IMG/VR virus record: IMGVR_UViG_3300033074_001413
Coordinates: 34,841-98,840 of that record
Strand: one strand, 5' to 3'
Origin: a virus
Taxonomy: Duplodnaviria > Caudoviricetes
DNA: 64,000 nt
The translations under genes and the position numbers were made by a program. Below, piece after piece: positions 19,401 to 29,304 of this stretch. The notes beneath the pieces were generated by a model, which was given only the letters and a program-made list of their open reading frames with translations, was not told the DNA's origin and did not search any database. Each line of letters opens with the position of its first letter. The first letter of the stretch is position 1.

Positions 19401-22400
19401 TGGTAGCATGGGAGCCACCATACAACAGATTAAAACAAACATCGACTCTATCGTCGATGATGTGTTTAATCAGAGTGATAACGCTAAAATCGCTATCGCA
19501 CAATATAGAGACTGGGGCGACTCGTTTGTTTATGCTGTGCCGACCCCTCTATCAGACAATAAGACTGTTATTCACGCGGCGGTCCAGGGGCTTGTTGGTG
19601 GAGAAGGTGCTGATACACCAGAATCTAACCTATACGCACTTAAGCAAGTAGCTGACACTATGAACTGGCGTGCTGGATCGATGCGCCTTATATTCTGGTT
19701 CGGTGACTCTAGCGGCCACAGTCCGTCGCCTGACGCGTCTCAGGCATATGTCCCTGGTACATCTGGCGTCACACCAGTCACGCTAGACGCTGCTGCTAAC
19801 GCCCTAACCGCCAAAGGCATTAAGGTCTATGCCACGAACGTAAATGGGTTAAATGGTGGTGGTGATGGCCTTAACGCAACAGGGCAGGCCCAATTCTTTG
19901 CTACCGCCACTGGCGGCGCTTACTTCAACGCTTTAAGCGGAAGTGAAATCGCCAGTATAATCACCGACACCATTGCTGGATTGGTCCAAAATGGTGGAGC
20001 ACCTGCTGGTGACTATACATTCTCTACCACGTTCTCAATCCGGACTGGTTCCGATTCTGCATCCTTTGTTTATAGCCTGGGATCAGACAACTCCTGTCTA
20101 TCGGTGACAGTAACTGGCCCTAGTGGGTTCCACGCGTCTAGATCACACCTTGGTGATCACTTCTTGGAAGCCCAACGCAATGACGTTCGCAATCAGACCT
20201 TTACTGGTCTGCCTGGAGATGGTGATTACACAATCACTGTCGTAGTCAACAACGCCTATGTGCCAACCGGAAACGCTGTCGGCCTATGGTTCAGCGCGGT
20301 TGTTACTCCTGCGATTGTGAGTGACAATATATCAACACAGACCGGGCTATTGGTAGCCAACGCCACAGTATCACCGAGCAAGTGGAACTATGACATCCCA
20401 TCGTCCATAGGACTTCTGGTCAGCGCCAGCGCAGTACCAAGTATCCTTGATCCGAACCATCCAACGTCAAGTGGTCTAGCAATGTCGGCGGTCTTTGTGC
20501 CACGCGTCATTGACCCACCACCAGGATCTGGATTCATGCTGAAGGGATCGGTAGCTCCTGGTACTCCAACCGGACTCCTGTTGGATAATGCGAGAGTCAT
20601 TCCAAATGTCGCATCGACGTGGACCGTTGATATCAACGACCCACTTGGGTTGACAGTATCTGCTGGTATCGAACAGGGAGTGTACTTCTATAATGGGTTG
20701 TTCGTGAGCGTCGACAAGCAGTTACTGCTGCTCAACAAATACAACAATCTGTTCACTGGTACGGTCGGTCTCAAAGTAGTTGAGAGTATCATTACCGAAG
20801 ATGATGACATCAGCTTGCTTGAGCCAGAGCAAACATCACCGAACTATACCGCTCCTGGAGCACACCGCTACAAGGTGGAGATGTTCCTTGAAGCCCGTGA
20901 CTACGACAACCCAGTAACGTCAGATTTCATTGAGTTGTTGAAGCTGACCGATTCTGCTGTAGTCACCCAGGTGACCAAGACAGATTATGATATCATTCAT
21001 CAGACTCTGGCCCGTAGGACCAAGGACCAGTGGGGCGACTACGCCAAGACACAATTCGGCATAGATGTTCGTGAACATCTTGACACCTCATGGGTGGCTG
21101 CTGGTACTGCGCAAGCAGGTGCCTCGGAGACATTTACTCCACCAGTTCCGGCAAACATCACCCTAGCCTTCTTGTCCTCCAATGTGGATAACTTCTACCA
21201 AGGATTTACCATCCACTTGAAGACTGGAGTGGGCGGCGGTCAGACAAGAACGATCACATCCTACAACGGCGCTAGCAAGATTGCCTACGTCGACAAGAAC
21301 TGGGATGTATACAAGACACCGGACAACACCACAGAATACACCATCAACGACCCAAGCAAATCCAACCGTGGAATATTCTCTCCAGCGGATGGTGGGTCCG
21401 AATCTAAACTGGCAGTCGGTATCGAAGCTGGTAAAGCATATGTGAATGGTTATGAGGTTAATAATCAACACACAACCTACATCCCTATCGATAAAGCCAG
21501 ATCTACAGAGACCCATGAAGGATCAACGTTCGCCGAGTACGGTTCTTATCTATTCGTGAAGAATCTGCATGCAATGCCAGTTCCGTCTCTAACTCAGGGA
21601 CGTGACTATCTGCAGATCTCCATAATGGGAACCAAGGCCACTGGCACCTATTCCGCCAATGACGAAATTGGTACAGCACGCGTACGCGACATTGAATTTG
21701 CCTTCGGTCCTAACCCGAACGACTCCAACGCGGTGTTCCGCATCTATCTGCAAGACATCGCAATGAAGGCCGGATACGACATCGACTTTGCGAGATCGTT
21801 CTTCCTGACCAGCGGAACCAACAATCAGAACGGGTTGAATGCCTGGGGTGATATCGTCACGGTATTCGACATGGCCAACGTTGTTGGTCAAGGATTCGTT
21901 GCTGGTAACGACATCACTGGTCCAAACGGGATTGGTACTGAGGTGGTGGTATTGTGGGATTCCCTTAACGGAGTGGTGTTCACTGAACCGAAATCCGGAA
22001 ACCCGCAGCAGATCACATCGCTTGGTCCGGTAAGTGCTACCGGGTCATCGACGGCCAATATCTCCACCAGAACACAACTGTTCGATGGATCGCTGTTCAT
22101 GAACGTCTGGCCACTAGGTCGGACGGTAGTAAACTCGCTCCATCCGGGTGCTAAACTGACAGCGCAGCCAACTGCCGTCACTAATAACACCCTTCGGTTC
22201 CCATCAAGCGCCTCGAACGCTAACGACTTCTACATCAACAATAATGTGCGCATTATCTCTGGTCCTGGCGTGGGTCAGATGCGCACCATCACTGATTACG
22301 TCGGTTCAACCAGAACGGCCACGTTCGACTCCGCATGGGACGTCGGTAATCTGCCAACCACCTCCAGTATATTCGTATGCATGGAGCCAACCATAGTCAA

Positions 22401-25400
22401 CTATCACGCACGTAAGGTGATACAGGCTACTGGTGTAAACGGCACATTTACTTTCAGTTCCACCGATCCGTTCGTACATCCGTTCAATGCATACGACTTT
22501 ATGGCGGTGTGTATCGCCAAGGGTGGTGGTAGCCCATCATTCAATGTCGGAGAGGTGATTGACCTCGGTCTGTATGCACCGGAATATCCGGTTACCAATC
22601 CGCAGTGGACACAGTTCGCCGTCCAGATTGGTAGCAGTACCGACACACTCCGGTTGGTGGCCACTGTCAACAAGACAGCACAGAACGAGAAGTACAAAGT
22701 ATGGACTCCATATTCGGTAGGTGATACTACCACCTGGATGCCATACACCAGTGGCACGGGCGCTGGTGTGCTAGCCAACGAGATCGGCCTTGAAGTGGCT
22801 GACGTCCGCGACTTCAGAGTGTACCAAGGTGTGAAGACATGGGAGATCCCATTCAACGCTTACACTAACACGTTCACTCCTGGCATGCAGGTAGTTGGTG
22901 TTACCAGTGGTGCACGCGGTCAGGTATTAGACTTTGACACCATCGGTGAGATACTCACTCTCACTTCGGTGAGCGGTACATTCCTTGATGCCGAAACAAT
23001 TGAGTGCATGTCTGATCAGACCATCACCGCTAATACCGATGGTCCGTTCACCGTTGTCTATGCCACGCCTGATCTCAATTCCGATCCGGTCAACTATGTG
23101 GAAGTCACTGACAACTACTCGTTAGACGACGGTCAGAGAGACACACATTATCAACTTGCTAAGATTATTCGGAAGCCTGGATATCCAGTTCCTCCGTCCG
23201 ACACCAATCTACTCATCACCTGGGACTACTTCAAGCATGTTGGTACTGGTGACTTCTTCAGTGTGGATTCCTATCTCGGACAGGTCGCATATCAGGACAT
23301 CCCAGTCTATGAGAACTCACTTGGCCGTTCATACCCACTACGTGACAGTCTGGACTTCCGTCCTACCATCAGTTCGAATGGGTTGAATTTTCATGCTGCT
23401 GGTAGCGTGTGGTCCGACCCATTGCTAGTCGGCGATCAAATCACTTATTCCTCTGTCTACTATCTGGACAGAATTGACAAGATCTTCCTCGCGGAGGACG
23501 GCACGTTCAAAGTTAACCGTGGTACTTCATCGTTGACTCCGGTGCCACCAGAGAACATTCCTAACACAATGCTTCTCTACACGCTGCATCTCGATGCCTA
23601 TACAATGGGACCGAAGGCAGTCAAGGCTAAAATGACCGATAATCGCGGATACACAATGCGCGACATCGGTAAACTCGAAAAGCGCATTGAGAATCTTGAG
23701 TATTACACACAGCTTAATCTGCTCGAGCAGGACACAGCCAAACATCAGGTCAGAGACACTAAAACCGGACTGGATCGCTACAAGAACGGATTCGTGGTTG
23801 ATAATTTCAAGAGCCACGGAACTGGGAATGTGTGGGATGTAGACTACAACTGCGCCGTCGATAATGCGGTTGGTGAACTTCGCCCACAATACTATCAGGA
23901 CAATGTCGGTATCGAATATGTGAGTGATCAGTCGACGGGAGTCATCAGAGTGGGCACCACTCTCCCAGGCGACATCCTGATGCTGCCATACTCGCACGAG
24001 GCAGTGGTCAGTCAGCCACTCAGTACCAGAGTAGAGAATGTTAATCCATTCACCAACTTTGGATGGGGTGGTAGTCTCGAACTAATCCCACCATCTGATG
24101 AATGGCGCGACACCGCTCGTCGTCCAGATGTTCTGGTCAACGACGATAATGCTATGCGCTACATCAACAGACCACTTGGTGTGGTTTGGAATGAGTGGCA
24201 GACTAACTGGACTGGTGAGTGGTCCGACACCAGCGCTCGTACGATTAATTCATCTTCGACTTCGACGCGTAGCTCTGATGACGTCATCACCAATACGACG
24301 AATACGACCACGGAAGTAACGCAAACCCGTGACGTGCAGCAGTCTAGATCTGGGACCCGCACTACAGTTGTTCCACAGACAGTGCGCGTGGATACCGTAG
24401 ACCGTGTTGTGAACGTGGAGACAATTCCGTTCATTAGATCTCGCGTAGTTCAGTTCATCGGCAAGAGGATGAAACCAAAGACGCGTGTCTACCCATACTT
24501 CGATGGTAGATTCGTGGGACAGTGGGTTAGACCAACCCGCGTTCCTGGGTTGACCCCATACATTATCCCATTCGACGAAGCACCAATTCAGGCCGACAAC
24601 AACGCGCTTGGACTAACAAGCGACACGTCGACTCCAAGTGAAACGTTGGCTGCTGGCTCTACCGATATCACCAATATCAACACTGGTGCGCCACTTGTCA
24701 GACCGACTGGTAACCCTGGACCAAGCGGGGAAGCTACGACCAACGCGTCGTCTTCGGATAGAACTACTCCTCCAACAACCACTGGAGCAGACCTTACTTC
24801 CGGTCGCATGGTTCCAAATGATACCATAGACAGGTTGCGAGTGGTGGCTCCTGGTGTATGGAGTCTTCCGGCCACATTCATACAGAACAACATTGATATC
24901 GGCAAGACCCTTGGTGGGGCTGCTCAACCTACGCTTCACCCGTTCACGCCAATGCCATTGGTGGTCCCAACCATCACGGCACGCGACATCAACGTGACGG
25001 CGATCCGTGACGCACATACCGAACTAACTGGTCGGACAGACCGTGAATGGAGTCTGCCAACACCAGCTATGACCGTAGCTGGAACGGCAATCACGCCGAC
25101 AGTGACATTCAGACCATCTCCGGACTGCGTGGTAGTTAAAGTATCTGGCGACAGTCAAGCAATAATGGCAAGCCAGACATTCCCACAACCACTGGTTGTA
25201 CAGGTCAACCGCAGTGGAATTCCAGTGTCTGGTGCTACAGTGCAATGGAAAGTCACTGGGCCAGCAATAGTTTCGGGACTAGGGACACGTGAAGGCGTAG
25301 TAGCGACGGATGCCGTTGGTAGAGCGCAGGTGACTGTTACTGCCAGCGATGCTCCTGGGGCTATAGTGGTCACCGCCGACATCGGCGGAACGCCAATCCA

Positions 25401-28400
25401 GTTCAATCTATCAACCACGTTCAACACTAACCGGGTTACCGGAGCAGTGGCAACTGGTCCAGCCATCATCCCAACCGGAGCGTTTGTTGGAGGTGGTGCA
25501 CCAACTACCGTGGTAATGGGTACAGAGACGACCATTGATGGCGTCAATCCAGCTACGACACTATTCAGAACCAACACTACTGGCGGAGACCGTGGAGTAG
25601 CTCCTATCGCACCGACACCTCCAACGGTGGCAAGTGATCTGTTGTCCATTCAGACCTCTCTACAGAAGATTTTAGAGGCGTATGGGAAGGATCCAACGGC
25701 GTTGCTTGGTGCTGGACACCAAGTGGGCGTTCCATACTACGTCAGTGAGTTAGGCAAGAATTACACAGTGGTAGGATACACTTCAACGTGGCAACCGATT
25801 GTTATTGTCCCACGTTCGGATGCTAGCAAATATGCTACTGATGTATACTCTATCAGTCTATCCACTGGCGCTCTAGCCTATATCGTCAACGACGAAGGAT
25901 ACGCAATATTCAAGCAGCAGCAAAGTGGCACCGCCATGATGATGCCTGGAGTGCAGATCACATGGCTTGGTGGTACAACCGGACGCAACGACACGCTAGT
26001 GCGCATATTCCAGCCAGGGGCGGCTACAACAGTAACAACTGGTGTGGTGGCCACTGCGTCTACGGCACTAACGTCGAATCAACTCAACGATGCCCGCGCC
26101 GTCATCATGGCCAACCCAGGTATTCTACTTCAGATTTCTGGGCTAACCAATGAGGAACAACATGTTAGCTCGGTCACGGAGATCAACAATCTCCTGGTCG
26201 CCAAGCCAGAGGTAGCAAGCGCTGTACTGTCAGGCAGGACTGATACATCCACAAGCAGCATCACGACGTCAGTTCAGAGTGGCTCCGCCAGATTCCAAAT
26301 GCTGGATGACCCAATCAGAATTGATCCGGCCACTTACAGCCTCAGCCAGTCCACTCTGGCTCCAACGGCAACCATTCCGACAGGTACGGCGTTCGGTAAT
26401 GAACCGAAATATGGCGACCCTCTCTACACCAACGGGGTTGGTACAGTAACTGGGGAATTCTGGATTCCTAACACAGATGCTATCCACTTCCGTGTTGGTC
26501 GGAGATTGTTCCGCCTCACCAGTAGCCCGAATAACAACAAGAACGCTGAGACGTGGGCTGACGCCGTGTACTCAGCGCAGGGTACGCTATACACCAATCA
26601 GCGGACAGTAACTAGCATTCGTGAGCCACACTACGTCGTCGAGAACCTGTACGACTCCGCAAGCTATACCGAGACACAAACCGACCTTCGATTCGAGTCA
26701 CAGTCCTGGGATGAACCAGCTCCTCAACCAATCGAGCCTCCAGCACCAGTCGTTATTGACCATAATCCGACTCCTGTGATTACGGAAGCGACCAGGACCA
26801 CGACGGAAGCAACTAGAACTACTACAGAGGTAGCTCCGCCAGCAACCGAGCCAGAGCCTCCGGTGTTTGAGCCACCAATAGAAGAGCCACCTCCACCAGC
26901 GCCAGACCCACCACCTCCAGTGGTGTTGAGTGTGACGACCACAACCACGTCCACGTCAACTTGGTTCGACCCATTAGCTGAGACATTCCTGGTGGACACC
27001 AAGGGTGGGTACTTCCTGTCGAAGATTGACTTGTTCTTCGCGAGTATCGATCCACGCATGCCAGTGACCGTCCAAATCAGAACGACCGTAAACGGGTACC
27101 CAAGCAAGAAGGTTCTACCGTTCGCCGAGAAGACCATGTACCCAGAGACCGGGGCGATCAAGGTGAGCGATGATGGTAGCATTCCGACCACATTCGAGTT
27201 CCCAGTTCCAGTATATCTGGAAGAGAACCAGGAATACGCCTTCGTGGTGATGGCCAACACCAACAACTACCTGCTGCACACAGCAAGAATGGGTGAACGA
27301 GCGTTCACAACTGGTGCGGTTGTCAATCAGCAACCATACGCTGGTGTTATGTTCAAGAGCCAGAATGCCAGTACCTGGAGTGCTGACCAACTCGAAGATA
27401 TAAAGTTCACGATATACAGAGCCAAATTCGATGTATCGTCCCAGGCCACAGTATACTTCCGCAATAAGGATCTCGATACTGTAGTGCTTGGAAACAACCC
27501 ATTCCATACCGCACAAGGTAGCGACATCGTTCGTGTCCTACACAGCGATAATGGAATGGTCCGCAGCAATGACAAAGGAAGCGTCGTTACCATCGGGCAT
27601 GTCCAGGATGCTCCTATCAACGGAATCCCGGCTGCGGCCTTGGTCGGCGACTTCACGGTGGAGTCCGTTGATCTGGACGCCTACACCATCAAGGCCAATC
27701 TAGCGGGAGATTTCGACAAGGCAACCATTAGCAATGGTATATCCGGTCCATCGTTGGTAGAGGTCAGCAGGGAGTTCCAATACAACCTGATGCACCCAAC
27801 GTTCGGTACCATGATTATGCCTGGAACCGGAATAAGCTGGTTCGCACGCACCATTAGCGGTAAGGCAGTTCATAACAATGAGCTGGCCACACAAACACCA
27901 TTCCAGAAGAGTGATTTCGTGGCCATTGTGCCGAACACCAACATTGAGTATAGCGTTCCACAAATGATCGCTACTACCAAGACAGAGACACTGAATGTGG
28001 TTGGCAACAGTCCGTTCGATAGAAGATCACTTCTATTCCGTGCCGTGATGTTCACCACACAGGACAACTTGACACCAATGGTTGACCTGCAGAGAATGAG
28101 CGCAATTGTTGTCCACAACAGGTTGGATGATCCAAACTTCAACAACCAAACGTTACCACTACACGACAAGGGAGTGACATTTACCGCCACCTCCGATGAG
28201 TTCATTGAGTTCGGTGGATATGACCATCTGGAAGTAACCGGAGTAGCAGAGAGCGGTGGAGCTACCAGTATCAATATCGGTAGCCTCGGTGTAGAGATTG
28301 ACGACTACTATGTGAACATGTCGGTGAAGGTGATTGCCGGAAGCGGCCAGGGTGAAGAGAAAATCATCACCGCTTACAGTGCACTAACTCGTGACGCCAC

Positions 28401-29298
28401 AGTCGACAGTGCGTGGCACACCAACCCAGATAGCACATCCCAGTTTGAAATCTGGAGAGGACAGTCCATGCATCTTCGCAAGAAGGTATTGTCCGCAACA
28501 GCGACCCGTGGAGCCAACAGTAGTGTCAACATCGCTGGTCCAGTAACGGCACCGGATGTCTACAAGGGTATGATCGTGAGGATAGTTGGTGGCACTGGTG
28601 CTGGACAGGAGCGCGAGATTATCAGCTACCAAACCGACGGTAGCCACTCCCCAGAAGGGAAGATCACCGTCGACTCACCATGGCTTGTGAATCCGTCCAA
28701 TACCAGCAGCATTATCATTCTAAGCTATGGAACCGATCTCAACTTCGATAATATGCACGCTGGTCGTGGTATCGTCATCAGTGGGGCTAACAACTCAGCC
28801 AACAACCATGACATCGACAATACCGTCCAGATCATCAAGGTGACACGCAACATAATGACTTGCAACACCACGTTCAAGCCCGAAAAAGGTAGTGGTGGCG
28901 TGGTAATCACGGCATACGACAAATATATCAGTGAGGAGGCGTCTGGTGGGTGCTCCGCATCAAGTCGTTACATCACCAAGCGGTTTACTCTGAACCAGTC
29001 GGCTAATTCACTCCGACTGACACTGAGTATATCGAGACCAGTAGGTAGCTTCGTAGATGTCTACTACAAGACACTCTTGATGGACGCCGGAAGCCACTTC
29101 GATGATGTGCCATATACCTATATGGAACTGGAACCTGGAGTGAATATGGAGCCACAGGATGACTTCGTAGACTACAACTTTGTTGCGGACGAAATTGGTG
29201 ACTTTACCACATTCTGCTTCAAGATCGTTATGCGCGGCGGTAATACCAGTAAGGTTCCAAGGATCAGAGACCTTCGCGGAATTGCTCTTGGTACATAA
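16486..29298 (+). CDS. Giant VrlC/DUF4815-like baseplate protein with inserted nested beta-sandwich repeats, vWA and Ig-like (Big_1) domains
   Basis: PYFDDFD...YRVIFRP...QVRELNQMQSILQ N-terminus; YTMRDIGKLEKRIENLEYYT; DPLAETF; C-terminus PRIRDLRGIALGT; vWA MIDAS DTTGSM. Confidence 0.9.
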   Translation: MALSFNFAPYFDDFDPAKHFYRVIFRPAQGVQVRELNQMQSILQEQVSRFGAYFFKHGAMVIPGQVGFDAKLAYVRLKSISRPFDPLIIGKQVFGLSSGLVAEIRAYTPATVNDPDTIYVKYLNSNVAGDLTFQVGEQLLLIDADTSIAKAEAAAAELAAATVQLSTGVGSVSTLDPIWHVTSPLGGGSHAATIIDWNPYWRVPSEGYNWISASGATQSMPLGDYTYNTGFSIDNGSTSAIFEYTIAADDLVKSFTLTGPGGYVATKDYSALNLRGGLADMIDNLPGDGSYGLTIVVENQASAYSGLQLSTGQGAVGSLDTLWQVKAPNRARRGAALIIDPMAHWFTPPSGAKWIGSVADQDVVGVYEYSAQFNVDTGTNSSTFTYSIGADNRVKQLVLTGPQGFKSTKTYSGQHFGDGNHGTWGEMVEDSIKGMPDGDYTLTVQVENTETVVTDQTPVDASTGTGSWTVLTPGSGTFVAANVITKDPLWIDVAGAEWVGASSNAVTQGIYTFKRDVTINASANNGVFNYTIAADNSIRKITLTGPDGYIATRDYTEQDRYSEAITDSFYELPGDGTYTITVDVKNLPVPTRIQTESTVMLNTGFGVIGSNDNRWTVKVPGSGSFVPAHVIARDASWMVEGVNQHWISAGTSSADAVPAGTYTFKTEFEFASGSDSGVLNFTVAANDAIRTVKLEGPSSYSSTKTYSDLSNYHNGETIADIFDDLPGDGSYTLTITVENNAGPAVRVNLPTISLNSGSGIVGSTDTKWTVKRPFSGTWDPVYAVGGGAGWFSAPAGSHWVSPDHDNNALAKGVYEYATTFNITGGADLATLTLDIGADNILKDLVLTGPGGYSVTRTYGTDDRTVAPLHESITNLPGDGTYWLKIKVENYPVPQRVQTESAQSIVTGQGGGTPGTADRRWTVLNPDAPSAIPAPLASHPNWFAPDAGTSWIGYTAGANAALPLDVVILCDTTGSMGATIQQIKTNIDSIVDDVFNQSDNAKIAIAQYRDWGDSFVYAVPTPLSDNKTVIHAAVQGLVGGEGADTPESNLYALKQVADTMNWRAGSMRLIFWFGDSSGHSPSPDASQAYVPGTSGVTPVTLDAAANALTAKGIKVYATNVNGLNGGGDGLNATGQAQFFATATGGAYFNALSGSEIASIITDTIAGLVQNGGAPAGDYTFSTTFSIRTGSDSASFVYSLGSDNSCLSVTVTGPSGFHASRSHLGDHFLEAQRNDVRNQTFTGLPGDGDYTITVVVNNAYVPTGNAVGLWFSAVVTPAIVSDNISTQTGLLVANATVSPSKWNYDIPSSIGLLVSASAVPSILDPNHPTSSGLAMSAVFVPRVIDPPPGSGFMLKGSVAPGTPTGLLLDNARVIPNVASTWTVDINDPLGLTVSAGIEQGVYFYNGLFVSVDKQLLLLNKYNNLFTGTVGLKVVESIITEDDDISLLEPEQTSPNYTAPGAHRYKVEMFLEARDYDNPVTSDFIELLKLTDSAVVTQVTKTDYDIIHQTLARRTKDQWGDYAKTQFGIDVREHLDTSWVAAGTAQAGASETFTPPVPANITLAFLSSNVDNFYQGFTIHLKTGVGGGQTRTITSYNGASKIAYVDKNWDVYKTPDNTTEYTINDPSKSNRGIFSPADGGSESKLAVGIEAGKAYVNGYEVNNQHTTYIPIDKARSTETHEGSTFAEYGSYLFVKNLHAMPVPSLTQGRDYLQISIMGTKATGTYSANDEIGTARVRDIEFAFGPNPNDSNAVFRIYLQDIAMKAGYDIDFARSFFLTSGTNNQNGLNAWGDIVTVFDMANVVGQGFVAGNDITGPNGIGTEVVVLWDSLNGVVFTEPKSGNPQQITSLGPVSATGSSTANISTRTQLFDGSLFMNVWPLGRTVVNSLHPGAKLTAQPTAVTNNTLRFPSSASNANDFYINNNVRIISGPGVGQMRTITDYVGSTRTATFDSAWDVGNLPTTSSIFVCMEPTIVNYHARKVIQATGVNGTFTFSSTDPFVHPFNAYDFMAVCIAKGGGSPSFNVGEVIDLGLYAPEYPVTNPQWTQFAVQIGSSTDTLRLVATVNKTAQNEKYKVWTPYSVGDTTTWMPYTSGTGAGVLANEIGLEVADVRDFRVYQGVKTWEIPFNAYTNTFTPGMQVVGVTSGARGQVLDFDTIGEILTLTSVSGTFLDAETIECMSDQTITANTDGPFTVVYATPDLNSDPVNYVEVTDNYSLDDGQRDTHYQLAKIIRKPGYPVPPSDTNLLITWDYFKHVGTGDFFSVDSYLGQVAYQDIPVYENSLGRSYPLRDSLDFRPTISSNGLNFHAAGSVWSDPLLVGDQITYSSVYYLDRIDKIFLAEDGTFKVNRGTSSLTPVPPENIPNTMLLYTLHLDAYTMGPKAVKAKMTDNRGYTMRDIGKLEKRIENLEYYTQLNLLEQDTAKHQVRDTKTGLDRYKNGFVVDNFKSHGTGNVWDVDYNCAVDNAVGELRPQYYQDNVGIEYVSDQSTGVIRVGTTLPGDILMLPYSHEAVVSQPLSTRVENVNPFTNFGWGGSLELIPPSDEWRDTARRPDVLVNDDNAMRYINRPLGVVWNEWQTNWTGEWSDTSARTINSSSTSTRSSDDVITNTTNTTTEVTQTRDVQQSRSGTRTTVVPQTVRVDTVDRVVNVETIPFIRSRVVQFIGKRMKPKTRVYPYFDGRFVGQWVRPTRVPGLTPYIIPFDEAPIQADNNALGLTSDTSTPSETLAAGSTDITNINTGAPLVRPTGNPGPSGEATTNASSSDRTTPPTTTGADLTSGRMVPNDTIDRLRVVAPGVWSLPATFIQNNIDIGKTLGGAAQPTLHPFTPMPLVVPTITARDINVTAIRDAHTELTGRTDREWSLPTPAMTVAGTAITPTVTFRPSPDCVVVKVSGDSQAIMASQTFPQPLVVQVNRSGIPVSGATVQWKVTGPAIVSGLGTREGVVATDAVGRAQVTVTASDAPGAIVVTADIGGTPIQFNLSTTFNTNRVTGAVATGPAIIPTGAFVGGGAPTTVVMGTETTIDGVNPATTLFRTNTTGGDRGVAPIAPTPPTVASDLLSIQTSLQKILEAYGKDPTALLGAGHQVGVPYYVSELGKNYTVVGYTSTWQPIVIVPRSDASKYATDVYSISLSTGALAYIVNDEGYAIFKQQQSGTAMMMPGVQITWLGGTTGRNDTLVRIFQPGAATTVTTGVVATASTALTSNQLNDARAVIMANPGILLQISGLTNEEQHVSSVTEINNLLVAKPEVASAVLSGRTDTSTSSITTSVQSGSARFQMLDDPIRIDPATYSLSQSTLAPTATIPTGTAFGNEPKYGDPLYTNGVGTVTGEFWIPNTDAIHFRVGRRLFRLTSSPNNNKNAETWADAVYSAQGTLYTNQRTVTSIREPHYVVENLYDSASYTETQTDLRFESQSWDEPAPQPIEPPAPVVIDHNPTPVITEATRTTTEATRTTTEVAPPATEPEPPVFEPPIEEPPPPAPDPPPPVVLSVTTTTTSTSTWFDPLAETFLVDTKGGYFLSKIDLFFASIDPRMPVTVQIRTTVNGYPSKKVLPFAEKTMYPETGAIKVSDDGSIPTTFEFPVPVYLEENQEYAFVVMANTNNYLLHTARMGERAFTTGAVVNQQPYAGVMFKSQNASTWSADQLEDIKFTIYRAKFDVSSQATVYFRNKDLDTVVLGNNPFHTAQGSDIVRVLHSDNGMVRSNDKGSVVTIGHVQDAPINGIPAAALVGDFTVESVDLDAYTIKANLAGDFDKATISNGISGPSLVEVSREFQYNLMHPTFGTMIMPGTGISWFARTISGKAVHNNELATQTPFQKSDFVAIVPNTNIEYSVPQMIATTKTETLNVVGNSPFDRRSLLFRAVMFTTQDNLTPMVDLQRMSAIVVHNRLDDPNFNNQTLPLHDKGVTFTATSDEFIEFGGYDHLEVTGVAESGGATSINIGSLGVEIDDYYVNMSVKVIAGSGQGEEKIITAYSALTRDATVDSAWHTNPDSTSQFEIWRGQSMHLRKKVLSATATRGANSSVNIAGPVTAPDVYKGMIVRIVGGTGAGQEREIISYQTDGSHSPEGKITVDSPWLVNPSNTSSIIILSYGTDLNFDNMHAGRGIVISGANNSANNHDIDNTVQIIKVTRNIMTCNTTFKPEKGSGGVVITAYDKYISEEASGGCSASSRYITKRFTLNQSANSLRLTLSISRPVGSFVDVYYKTLLMDAGSHFDDVPYTYMELEPGVNMEPQDDFVDYNFVADEIGDFTTFCFKIVMRGGNTSKVPRIRDLRGIALGT

Positions 29299-29304
29299 AA
29301 AGAC

